This document shows positions 21,098 to 30,439 of a stretch of 64,000 bases of DNA, piece after piece. The stretch lies in the IMG/VR virus record IMGVR_UViG_3300034082_000804, positions 1-64,000 of that record. One strand, 5' to 3'. The stretch's first letter is position 1, and each line of letters begins with the position of its first letter. The DNA comes from an uncultured virus (IMG/VR IMGVR_UViG_3300034082_000804). Taxonomy: Duplodnaviria > Heunggongvirae > Uroviricota > Caudoviricetes. A model generated the notes under the pieces. The model ran no database searches and was not told where the DNA came from. It was given only the letters and a program-made list of their open reading frames with translations. Made by a program: the position numbers and the translations under genes.

Positions 21098-21771
21098 CAC
21101 AGATACTGCTAGCTGGAGATAGTTGGGGCATAGGCGTATATCAAACTGTGAATGGAGTATATACTGCTACAGGGCAAGGAATTCAAACTATATTAGAATC
21201 ACAGGGATACACTGTGACCAACATCAGTGTTGCTGGAGATGCTAATAATAATATAGCACAGCGTATTAAAGGTAACACAGCAGATCATATACTGTTTTTA
21301 CAAACAGATCCGTTTAGGGAGCATTGTCAACATAAAGATGGGTTTAAGAAACTAAGACCCGTATTTTTTAAACACTTACTTACATTTGATTCGATTGATC
21401 ATTGTTTAGATGTATATTACAATAACCTATACACAACGCTAAACAGATTAAATAAACCAATTATCTGTTTAGGCGGTTGGAGTAAACTACATCCTAGTAT
21501 ATATAATTACAGCAATTTAATACCGGCTGTTCCTAGTATAACAGAATTGCTAATACCTACAGCAACAGATGTGTACTTAAGTGACTTTGAGTGGTTTGCG
21601 CAACTTAATGATAATGTAGAAGTTATGCTCAAGTTTGGTACAGAAATTAAACAAATAATGTTAGAATCTAGCACCAAATTTGACCTTATTAACCAACAGT
21701 GGAACGATGTACACCCTAACCTACAGGGTTATATGCTTTTGGTAGAAAAAATTCGAAAATATCTCTTGTAA
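21094..21771 (+). CDS. SGNH/GDSL-like hydrolase
   Basis: AGDSWG near the N-terminus, DVHPN near the C-terminus. Confidence 0.6.
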   Translation: MTQILLAGDSWGIGVYQTVNGVYTATGQGIQTILESQGYTVTNISVAGDANNNIAQRIKGNTADHILFLQTDPFREHCQHKDGFKKLRPVFFKHLLTFDSIDHCLDVYYNNLYTTLNRLNKPIICLGGWSKLHPSIYNYSNLIPAVPSITELLIPTATDVYLSDFEWFAQLNDNVEVMLKFGTEIKQIMLESSTKFDLINQQWNDVHPNLQGYMLLVEKIRKYLL

Positions 21772-21854
21772 GATAAATAATTATAGCGTATAGTATATAA
21801 ATGCTTATACGTTTTAGGCATATTAAAGACCAACTTAACATAAAGGAAAACATC

Positions 21855-22883
21855 ATGGCAACATCATTAGCAGAAATTCGTGCGAAATTACAAGCACAAG
21901 AAACTCGTGGTTCAGGTAATTCACAACAAGGTGGCGACAACGCTATCTACGCTCACTGGAACATTCCAGAAGGCACTTCGGCAAGAATCAGATTCCTCCC
22001 AGACGCAGATCCAAAGAATACATTCTTTTGGGCAGAACGTCTAATGATCAACTTAACGTTTGCGGGCGTTAAAGGTCAACCAGATAGTAAACCAGTTACA
22101 GTACAAGTACCATGCGTGGAAATGTACGGTGACCAATGTCCAGTACTAGCAGAAGTGCGTACATGGTTTAAGGATCCAAGTTTAGAAGAAATGGGTCGTA
22201 AGTATTGGAAAAAGAAATCATATTTGTTCCAAGGCTTTGTACGTGACAATCCACTAGCTGATGATAACACGCCAGCTAACCCAATCCGTAGATTTATTAT
22301 TAGTCCACAGATTTTTAACTTAGTTAAGTCAGCACTACTTGACCCTGAGTTAGAAAACTTGCCAACAGACTACCAAGGTGGCCTAGACTTTACAGTGTCT
22401 AAAACATCAAAAGGTGGTTATGCTGACTATAGTACTAGTAAATGGTCACGTAAAGAAAGTGCGCTAACCTCAGAAGAAGCAACAGCAATTGACACTAACG
22501 GTCTTCACAACCTAAGTGATTTCTTACCTAAGAAACCAAGTGATGCTGAGTTAAAAGTCATTAAAGAAATGTTTGAAGCATCAGTTGATGGTCAAGCATA
22601 CGACACAGAACGTTGGGGTGCTTACTATCGTCCACGTGGGGTTGCAGCTCCATCAGGTTCAGCAACTTCAGCAGCTCCGGTAGGTGATCGCGCAGTTGTT
22701 AGTGAACATGTTGAAAGTACTCCGGTAGCACAACCTGCTGCTGTAGTAGCTCCGATAGCCGAAAATCCTCCATTTGAAGCAGACGAACCAACACCAACAG
22801 CACCAGTAGCTACTCCAGCCGCTGGCGGCCAACGTGCTGAAGACATCCTAGCGATGATCCGTAGTCGTCAAAACAAAGCGTAA
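21855..22883 (+). CDS. gp32: Single-stranded DNA-binding protein (T4 gp32-like)
   Basis: RIRFLPD, CPV...YWKKKSY, YADYSTSKW; SD AAGGA before ATG 21855; precedes uvsX. Confidence 0.85.
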   Translation: MATSLAEIRAKLQAQETRGSGNSQQGGDNAIYAHWNIPEGTSARIRFLPDADPKNTFFWAERLMINLTFAGVKGQPDSKPVTVQVPCVEMYGDQCPVLAEVRTWFKDPSLEEMGRKYWKKKSYLFQGFVRDNPLADDNTPANPIRRFIISPQIFNLVKSALLDPELENLPTDYQGGLDFTVSKTSKGGYADYSTSKWSRKESALTSEEATAIDTNGLHNLSDFLPKKPSDAELKVIKEMFEASVDGQAYDTERWGAYYRPRGVAAPSGSATSAAPVGDRAVVSEHVESTPVAQPAAVVAPIAENPPFEADEPTPTAPVATPAAGGQRAEDILAMIRSRQNKA

Positions 22884-22897
22884 TAGTTAAACACGCA

Positions 22898-22918
22898 GGG
22901 CGGGGTATATCCCCGCCC
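22898..22918 (+). other. GC-rich stem-loop between gp32 and uvsX
   Basis: GGGCGGGG-TATAT-CCCCGCCC with only a weak T-tract. Confidence 0.5.
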
Positions 22919-22940
22919 ATTACTTCAATAAGGATTAATC

Positions 22941-24017
22941 ATGGCAAAACCATTCGACATTAGTAAATTTCGCAAGTCGATTACCAAGTCAATTGAAGGC
23001 TTAGGTATTGGCTTTAACGATCCAACCGATTGGATCTCAACTGGTAACTACACATTAAACTATCTATTAAGTGGAGACTTTCACAAAGGTATTCCAATGG
23101 GTAAGGTAACTGTATTCGCCGGTGAATCGGGCGCAGGTAAATCATTTATCTGTAGTGGTAACATTGTTAAAAACGCACAAGATCAAGGCATTTATGTAAT
23201 CTTAATTGATACAGAAAACGCACTTGACGAAGCATGGTTACACGCATTAGGTGTAGACACAGATGAAAGCAAACTACTTAAACTTAATATGGCTATGATC
23301 GATGATGTGGCTAAAGTTATCAGTGACTTTGTTAAAGAATATCGTACCTTACCAGAAGAAGATCGTCCTAAGGTATTGTTTGTACTAGACAGTTTGGGTA
23401 TGATGTTAACTCCAACAGACGTTAACCAGTTTGAAGCCGGTGAAATGAAAGGTGATATGGGTCGTAAACCTAAAGCACTTACAGCACTTGTACGTAACTG
23501 TGTAAACATGTTTGGTACATTGAACTTAGGTCTAGTAGCAACTAACCATACCTACGCTAGTCAAGATATGTTTGACCCAGATGATAAGATTTCAGGTGGT
23601 CAAGGCTTTATCTACGCATCAAGTATTGTAGTAGCTATGCGCAAACTTAAACTTAAAACAGATGCTGATGGTAATAAGACTACAACAGTTAACGGTATCC
23701 GTGCCGCTTGTAAGATTATGAAAACACGTTATGCTAAACCGTTTGAGTCAGTACAAGTAGAGATTCCATATGAAACAGGTATGAGTCCTTACTCGGGTAT
23801 GGTAGATATGTTAGAAGCTAAGAGCTTGTTATCAAAAGAAGGTAACAGTCTAGTCTACAAACTTGCTGATGGCACTGTTATTAAACAATTCCGTAAAGCA
23901 TGGGAACGTAACGAAGATGGTAGTTTAGATAAAGTTATGAAAGAAATTTCATCCAACTCTCATTTGCTAAGTACAAATGAAATAACAGAAGAAGCTGACG
24001 CCGAATCTGTTGAATAA
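22941..24017 (+). CDS. uvsX: RecA-like recombinase
   Basis: STGNYTLNYLLSG, GESGAGKS, IDTENA, LDSLG, NHTY, ISGGQG. Confidence 0.92.
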   Translation: MAKPFDISKFRKSITKSIEGLGIGFNDPTDWISTGNYTLNYLLSGDFHKGIPMGKVTVFAGESGAGKSFICSGNIVKNAQDQGIYVILIDTENALDEAWLHALGVDTDESKLLKLNMAMIDDVAKVISDFVKEYRTLPEEDRPKVLFVLDSLGMMLTPTDVNQFEAGEMKGDMGRKPKALTALVRNCVNMFGTLNLGLVATNHTYASQDMFDPDDKISGGQGFIYASSIVVAMRKLKLKTDADGNKTTTVNGIRAACKIMKTRYAKPFESVQVEIPYETGMSPYSGMVDMLEAKSLLSKEGNSLVYKLADGTVIKQFRKAWERNEDGSLDKVMKEISSNSHLLSTNEITEEADAESVE

Positions 24018-24029
24018 TTTTACTTAACT

Positions 24030-24563
24030 ATGACTGATGACAATCTATCTCTAGTGTTTAGTGCCAGCCAATACAACGGTTGGCCTAAACTTAAATTTTA
24101 TCTTGACGATGACCTGTACGAGGATTATACCTTTACAGGGCCATCGGCTAGGGTAGATATCCCTTTGGTTCTTGTTGATGGCGAACATGAACTAACCATA
24201 GAATTATACGATAAAACTCACAACAACACAAAAGTCGTTGATGATCAAATCATTGAAGACCAAATAGTAACCTTAGAGCAGATACAAATTGGTGGAGTAG
24301 CTGTTCCCGATTTTGTTAAATACTCTGGCGTGTACTATACTAAAGAACAAACATACCCAAACGGATTAACGTGGGGTATCAACGGAGAATGGCGAGTAAA
24401 GTTTAAGATGCCATTTATCAGCTGGATATTAGAAGAAAAGAATAAATTTAATTCAGCAGTGTATGATGCTAAAGAAACACTTGTTGGCGACTACAACGAA
24501 TCAAAAAAACAAACGCTTATTTACTACCTAAAACAGTTAGAGGAAATGTTGGCCAGTGAGTAA
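24030..24563 (+). CDS. Hypothetical protein
   Basis: 177-aa ORF overlapping the next gene. Confidence 0.6.
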   Translation: MTDDNLSLVFSASQYNGWPKLKFYLDDDLYEDYTFTGPSARVDIPLVLVDGEHELTIELYDKTHNNTKVVDDQIIEDQIVTLEQIQIGGVAVPDFVKYSGVYYTKEQTYPNGLTWGINGEWRVKFKMPFISWILEEKNKFNSAVYDAKETLVGDYNESKKQTLIYYLKQLEEMLASE

Positions 24564-26118
24564 TTACAAACGAATAGCTGTACTATCAACAGGACTATTA
24601 AGTGTAGATCGCCCACCTGCGTCTAGCGCATTTCTAGCAGGCATTTGTGAAAAACTTGACATAGAGTATGATATCTTTGACTTTAATATCATTGTAAAGA
24701 ACGCTCTAGGCATTAGTCTATGGGAAAGACTGTTTGTAGTTCCCGTTGAAGGTGACCATTTTGTAACCATTGACCCTGAGTTATTAGCACAGGTTAAACA
24801 GGCTATATCAGCAGGTGTAGACAAACTCATAGCATACAATCCGGACCTTATTGCTGTTTCAGTCTTGAGCTTTATACAACATCCTTACGCAAAGCTAGTC
24901 ACACAAGCTATACGTGAAAAAATGACCACAACTATCATTGCTGGCGGCCCGGGCATAGGATATCAAACAGAGCCTAACGTTACTATGGGCAAGCAGTTAA
25001 TGGACCAAGGGTTACTTGACTACTATGTATTAGGTGAAGGTGACTATATATTTGAGGCATTCCTTAAAGGACAGCACGAACTAGGATTAAACGTTAAAGG
25101 AGCCAAATGGGAAAATTGGGTTCCGCAGATTGACAATCTAGATGGTCTTACATTTCCTAGCTATAAAAAAGTTAAGTTTAGAGAATATATTAGTTCAGCT
25201 AATGACACAGGAACACCCATTGCTAGTATAACCGGCAGTAGAGGCTGTGTGCGCAGATGTACATTCTGTGACGTAGGTAATATTTGGAAGAAGTTTAGAT
25301 TCCGTAGTGGCGACAACATTAGTCAAGAGCTACTACATCACTATCAACAAACAGGTATCCTAACATATCATTTTACTGATAGTTTAATCAACGGCTCGTT
25401 GAAACAGTTCATCGATCTACTAAAGAACATTATACAACTACAAGAACAATACCCAGAGTTTAAACAGTTAAAGTTTAGCGGGCAATTTATTGTGCGCCCA
25501 ATCAAGCATCATCCAGAATATCTATACGAACTAATGCAGCAAGCCGGCTGTCATCGATTAGAAGTAGGTATCGAATCGGGTAGTGATAGAGTGCGTGAGC
25601 ACATGGGTAAGAAGTTTAGCAATGAAGACATAGACTATCACTATGCTATGTGTTCTAAATATAAAATTACAAATTCTTTATTAATGTTCACTGGTTACCC
25701 AACAGAAACATTAGAAGATCATCACGATACATTGAATATGCTTAGACGCTATCAAAAATATCTAATAGATGAAACAATCACCATGCTGGTATTATCAGAA
25801 CCGATGGTATACTTACGTAATACTCCATTGGCTGAAACAGGCATGCAGGAAGAATTAGGCATTCATTTGTTTAATAATGAGTATGGAAATACTCTATGGA
25901 CATCAGACACTAATCCGGGACTAACTAATCACGAGAAGTATCGTAGATTTTTAGAAACAAATAGGTTAAGTGTAGAACTTGGATATCCTCGTTCGTTTGA
26001 TGTAATACAACGACTACTGGATCATATCAGAGAAATGGTTCATTTTAAGAGTTCAAATTTAGAAGTTAAAGAAAAGTTTGATAATTTAATAGCTAATATG
26101 CTAACAGAAGGAGTGTAA
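24556..26118 (+). CDS. B12-binding-domain radical SAM protein
   Basis: N-terminal IAGGPG/GEGD domain, SRGCVRRCTFC, GIESGS, GYPTET. Confidence 0.85.
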   Translation: MSNYKRIAVLSTGLLSVDRPPASSAFLAGICEKLDIEYDIFDFNIIVKNALGISLWERLFVVPVEGDHFVTIDPELLAQVKQAISAGVDKLIAYNPDLIAVSVLSFIQHPYAKLVTQAIREKMTTTIIAGGPGIGYQTEPNVTMGKQLMDQGLLDYYVLGEGDYIFEAFLKGQHELGLNVKGAKWENWVPQIDNLDGLTFPSYKKVKFREYISSANDTGTPIASITGSRGCVRRCTFCDVGNIWKKFRFRSGDNISQELLHHYQQTGILTYHFTDSLINGSLKQFIDLLKNIIQLQEQYPEFKQLKFSGQFIVRPIKHHPEYLYELMQQAGCHRLEVGIESGSDRVREHMGKKFSNEDIDYHYAMCSKYKITNSLLMFTGYPTETLEDHHDTLNMLRRYQKYLIDETITMLVLSEPMVYLRNTPLAETGMQEELGIHLFNNEYGNTLWTSDTNPGLTNHEKYRRFLETNRLSVELGYPRSFDVIQRLLDHIREMVHFKSSNLEVKEKFDNLIANMLTEGV

Positions 26119-26122
26119 TAAA

Positions 26123-26368
26123 ATGAGTTTAGAAGTAGATATCCTAGGCGAAATGTGGTTAACCTGTAAAGAGTATATTAACCCTAAAGATAAACAAGCA
26201 GCCGCAGACCATGTGATCAGTGTTGTCGCTGACCATAGCATTACCGAAGCCGATCTCAAATCATTTGGTGGTACTGACAGCTATCTTAAACGTGCTGTAG
26301 AAGAATATCTAGGCGAAGAAGAAGATCTTGATGAAGAAGAAGATCTCGACGGCAGTGACGACTATTAA
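26123..26368 (+). CDS. Small acidic hypothetical protein
   Basis: 81 aa with a D/E tail; SD GGAG. Confidence 0.65.
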   Translation: MSLEVDILGEMWLTCKEYINPKDKQAAADHVISVVADHSITEADLKSFGGTDSYLKRAVEEYLGEEEDLDEEEDLDGSDDY

Positions 26369-27630
26369 TGTCTGATAAAAAGTTTTTCCCTATACATACA
26401 GCTACAGCCTGCCGCTTAAAGTGGTCTTGGTCTACACTGTATTTAAATAATGGAAAAACTGCTAGTTGTCATCGTGCTAGTTTCTCAAAATTAACAGCAG
26501 ACACGTTTGGTAATTTTCACAACACAGACGAAAAGGTCAAGGCTAGAGAATTAATGCTAGAAGGCCAATGGCCCGGCGATGGGTGTGAGCACTGTCGTGA
26601 TATAGAACAGCATAGTAATCTTAGCGACAGACTATTTCAAAATACTGTGCCCAATGAGTATCCACTAGAACTTGATGTTGACTCTACACTAACCCAAGTT
26701 GATCCCAGCGTACTTGAAATTTTTTTTAAGAATACCTGTAATTTGGCCTGTTTATACTGTGAAGAATCTTTAAGTTCGCGCATTGCCACAGAGAACAGGA
26801 TACATGGTAAACTAGTGCCCACAGTAGGAATACCTGCTACGGGGTTATACCATCCAGACGATAGCGACAACAAATACAATGAATTTGTAGAGTTGTTTTG
26901 GCAGTGGTTAGACACAGGATACAGCAAACTACAGCGTATAAACATACTTGGTGGTGAGCCGTTTATTCAAGATGATCTAGATAGGCTGTTTGATTATATA
27001 GAACAACACCCTAATCCCAAGTTAGAAGTTAGTATTATCAGCAATCTGATACTCAAAACAACCAAGTTAGAACAGTTTTGTGCTAGGGTAAAACAGATGA
27101 TTGCCCAGGGCAAACTCAAACAGGTTAAGATATTAGCCAGTGTAGACTGTTGGGGCCAAGAACAAGAGTATATTAGACACGGTTTCGATTGCGATATTTT
27201 TGAAAAGAATGTACAATACTTACTAACACAGAAATATTTACATTTAAGTATATTGAGTGTGATTACTTCTTTGAGTATTAATACTTTGCCTATGCTAGCA
27301 GGTAAATTTGTTGAGTGGAATAAGCATAGACCTATACATTGGTATGTGAACAATTTACTGCCCTTTGAAGATAACGTGTTGCGAGCAACTATATTTGACT
27401 ACACACTATTCAAACAGGCAATAGAAGAAACAGTAAAGTTAATGCCTGCTAGTGCTAGCGATACATTTTTAGGTATTGTTAAACATATAGAACAAGCAAC
27501 AGAAGATTTACCGACACAGCATAAACTATTAGAATACTTAACTGAAATTGATCGTAGAAGAAATTTAGATTGGAAACAAACATTCCCTTGGTTACTGGAA
27601 GAATTTAAACGATGTGGTATAATAAAGTAG
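26368..27630 (+). CDS. Radical SAM protein with an N-terminal Cys-rich domain
   Basis: CNLACLYC, GGEPF, N-terminal C...CH...CEHC. Confidence 0.85.
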   Translation: MSDKKFFPIHTATACRLKWSWSTLYLNNGKTASCHRASFSKLTADTFGNFHNTDEKVKARELMLEGQWPGDGCEHCRDIEQHSNLSDRLFQNTVPNEYPLELDVDSTLTQVDPSVLEIFFKNTCNLACLYCEESLSSRIATENRIHGKLVPTVGIPATGLYHPDDSDNKYNEFVELFWQWLDTGYSKLQRINILGGEPFIQDDLDRLFDYIEQHPNPKLEVSIISNLILKTTKLEQFCARVKQMIAQGKLKQVKILASVDCWGQEQEYIRHGFDCDIFEKNVQYLLTQKYLHLSILSVITSLSINTLPMLAGKFVEWNKHRPIHWYVNNLLPFEDNVLRATIFDYTLFKQAIEETVKLMPASASDTFLGIVKHIEQATEDLPTQHKLLEYLTEIDRRRNLDWKQTFPWLLEEFKRCGIIK

Positions 27631-28067
27631 TACAAAATATAGGCGCACTACCGGACTTCATTGATTACTACACTAATGAGTTAGCTGTAGCTAAAAAAGA
27701 AGTAGGTGTCTACGGCAATATTGAAAAGAACTTGGCAGCCTTGCCGGGTATTACAGAGCAACGCTTTAATCAACTACAAGAGATTGAAGCAGTACTTAAC
27801 CTATTAAACATTCGCTTACGAAAGATCCGCAAAGAACACTTTAAAAAATACTTAGAAGCCTACAATCGTGCGCTTACATCACGTGATGCTGAAAAGTATG
27901 TGGATGGCGAGGACGAAGTCATTGATATGGAAACTATCATTAATGAAGTAGCTCTACTACGTAACAAATGGCTGGGTATTATGAAAGGTCTAGAAAGCAA
28001 AAACTTTATGCTAGGGCATGTAACTAGATTACGTACTGCTGGTATGGAGGACGCATCAATTGGCTAG
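27612..28067 (+). CDS. uvsY: Recombination mediator, UvsY-like
   Basis: KKYLEAYNRALTSRDAEKYVDGE...KGLESKNFML helical protein downstream of uvsX. Confidence 0.65.
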   Translation: MWYNKVVQNIGALPDFIDYYTNELAVAKKEVGVYGNIEKNLAALPGITEQRFNQLQEIEAVLNLLNIRLRKIRKEHFKKYLEAYNRALTSRDAEKYVDGEDEVIDMETIINEVALLRNKWLGIMKGLESKNFMLGHVTRLRTAGMEDASIG

Positions 28068-28959
28068 ACACAGTGAGATGATATTAAACTGCCTACGTGA
28101 GTATGATAGTTTTTTAGATAGTTTGAAGTTTATCGCAGATCTAGGCTGTGGTACCGGTGAAGATATCACTTGGTGGGCTACGTTAGAAACACGTGACGAT
28201 CGTCCAGAGCCCTATAACTATACCTGTTGGGCTATTGATAACGACCCTGCCAAATTGGCTAATATCCCTAATTTACCAAACCTACACAAATTAACAGGCG
28301 ACTTTACCAAACGATGTTTACCGCGCGAAGCTGATTTAATATTTGCTCACGATGTATTACAATACAGCACTAATCCGTTAGAAACATTAAAACTGTGGAA
28401 CGAACAGATGAACGTTAACGGCATGCTGGTATTAAGCGTGCCAACAGCCAGCGGTGTTGAATACAACAAATACTACAGTAGAAGCCACAGTGGTTGTTAT
28501 TACAATCACACACCGGCTTCATTGATCTATATGCTGGCCGTAAATGGGTTTGACACCCGCGATGCTTATATGTTGAAAAAGTTTAACGATCCGTGGATCA
28601 ACATTGCGGTATACAAGTCAGATGTTAAACCGATGGATCCTGCTACCACTAGTTGGTTTGATCTAATGAACACAGGACTGCTACATCCAAGTGTGATTAA
28701 CAGTCTTAATAAATTTGGCCATGTACGCCAAGAAGAATTATTGTATCCTTGGTTGGATAAAGAAAACTATTACATAGATTGGATTCCACAATGGACCGAA
28801 GTGCCAGCAGAAGCTGTACACAGCGAAACTGGTATAGTCAACACTGTAGTAGCGTCTGACAAGACTACTGTAGAGCAAGCACCGGCAGTAACTAAAAATA
28901 CCAAACAGATGAAGTCTATGGGCGTACTCAGAGCTGCCAAGGGGCGGTATGTTAAATAA
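28060..28959 (+). CDS. Class I SAM-dependent methyltransferase
   Basis: ADLGCGTG motif I. Confidence 0.75.
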   Translation: MARHSEMILNCLREYDSFLDSLKFIADLGCGTGEDITWWATLETRDDRPEPYNYTCWAIDNDPAKLANIPNLPNLHKLTGDFTKRCLPREADLIFAHDVLQYSTNPLETLKLWNEQMNVNGMLVLSVPTASGVEYNKYYSRSHSGCYYNHTPASLIYMLAVNGFDTRDAYMLKKFNDPWINIAVYKSDVKPMDPATTSWFDLMNTGLLHPSVINSLNKFGHVRQEELLYPWLDKENYYIDWIPQWTEVPAEAVHSETGIVNTVVASDKTTVEQAPAVTKNTKQMKSMGVLRAAKGRYVK

Positions 28960-29005
28960 GGTTGTTCTTGTTACAGGTGGATTTGACCCTAAGTTAGATA
29001 AATAA
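28949..29005 (+). pseudogene. Orphan 5' stub of the cytidylyltransferase gene
   Basis: Reads MLNKVVLVTGGFDPKLDK*; SD AAGGGG upstream. Confidence 0.7.
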
Positions 29006-29022
29006 ACATATAAGGAAATTAT

Positions 29023-29688
29023 ATGTTTATCGAAAACAAATATACATTATTGTATTATAAAATTATTAAAAATAGAAAATTAAATCCATTAACTGGGTAT
29101 ATAGAAAAACATCATATTATTCCTAAGAGTATGGGCGGATCAAACAAAAACGAAAATTTAGTTAAACTATCTGCCAGGGAACATTTTATTTGCCATAGGT
29201 TATTGGTTAAGATGACAGAAGGACACAACAAAGTAAAAATGTCTTATGCTATAAGAACTATGATGAACAGAGAAAATCAATACCAACAGAGATATAAAAT
29301 ATCATCTAAAATTTATGAATCTATAATAGAAGAAACAAAAGCTACTATAGGTAATAACCTAAAAGGCAGCAACAATCCATATTACGGAAAAAAACATTCC
29401 GAAGAAGTACGGCAAAAAATGAGAGAAAAACGAGCCTTACAGATTATGCCTGCCCGGAAAGGTAAAGTATATTCTGAAGAAACGTTATCTCGTTGGCGCG
29501 AAGCTAACAAAAAACAATTTACTGACCTTCATCAGATAGAGATACGTAGAACGAAGTGTAACAAAATACAAGGTATGAAAATTTATCATAATTCAGAAGG
29601 TAAAACAAAATACTACATCGAGGAAACTCAACCCAGCGGATGGGTTAAAGGCCGAGTTACAACAACAAAAGGGGGTGGTAATCAATGA
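29023..29688 (+). mobile_element. Free-standing HNH homing endonuclease with a NUMOD3-like DNA-binding region
   Basis: EKHHIIPKSMGGSN...NLVKLSAREHFICHRLL; NNPYYGKKHSEE; more AT-rich than neighbours; own late motif and SD. Confidence 0.85.
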
Positions 29689-30429
29689 ATAGAGTAATTC
29701 TTGTTACAGGCGGATTTTGATCCGTTACACAGCGGGCATATAGAATATTTTAAAGCTGCTAAAGCTCTTGGCAACATACTGGTCGTCGGAGTTAATAGTG
29801 ATGTCTGGTTAGAGCGTAAGAAAGGTCGTGCGTTTATGCCCAGCGCAGAACGTGTGGCTATTATTGAGAATTTAAAAATGGTAGATCACTGTGTACTGTT
29901 CGACGACAGTGATGATAGTGCTCGTGAAGCAATACGTAATGTTAAGACGATGTACCCTAACAGTCAGATAGTATTTGCCAATGGTGGGGATCGCACAGCT
30001 AACAACATTCCGGAAATGACCGAGTCTGATGTAGTGTTTAAATTTGGCATAGGTGGCCAAAACAAGCTCAACAGTAGCAGTTGGATTTTAGAGGAGTGGA
30101 AAGCGCCTAAAACCATTCGATCTTGGGGCTATTATCGTGTATTACATGACGTTTCTGGTGCCAAAGTAAAGGAATTAACCATTGACCCAGGTAAGAGCTT
30201 ATCATTACAGCGACACGAGCACAGAACTGAATTCTGGCTGGTAACAGAAGGCAAGTGCCGAGTAACCAGCGGTGACAAACTAGCAGAAGAATTATGTAGG
30301 CACGACACTATCGAAGTACCTGAAGGCGCCTGGCATCAACTAAGTAATCCGTTTGTTGAACCGTGTCGTATAGTAGAATTACAATATGGCGCACGTTGTT
30401 TAGAGTCTGACATCGAACGTAAAGAATAA
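29685..30429 (+). CDS. Cytidylyltransferase-family domain fused to a cupin (mannose-6-phosphate isomerase-like); +1 frameshift near the start
   Basis: MNRVILVTGGF* (29685-29720) continues in the +1 frame as FDPLHSGH...GVNSD...FANGGDR, then WGYY...LSLQRH...WHQL. Confidence 0.75.
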
Positions 30430-30439
30430 ATACAATACT

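Noticed and set aside
28991..29724. Group I intron in the cytidylyltransferase gene; joining ...GAC CCT to TTA CAC... would restore GFDPLH with U and G at the junctions
   Set aside because: The HNH ORF fills nearly the whole insert, leaving no room for a ribozyme core, and I see no P7-type elements. The duplicated start explains the layout better. RT-PCR would settle it.
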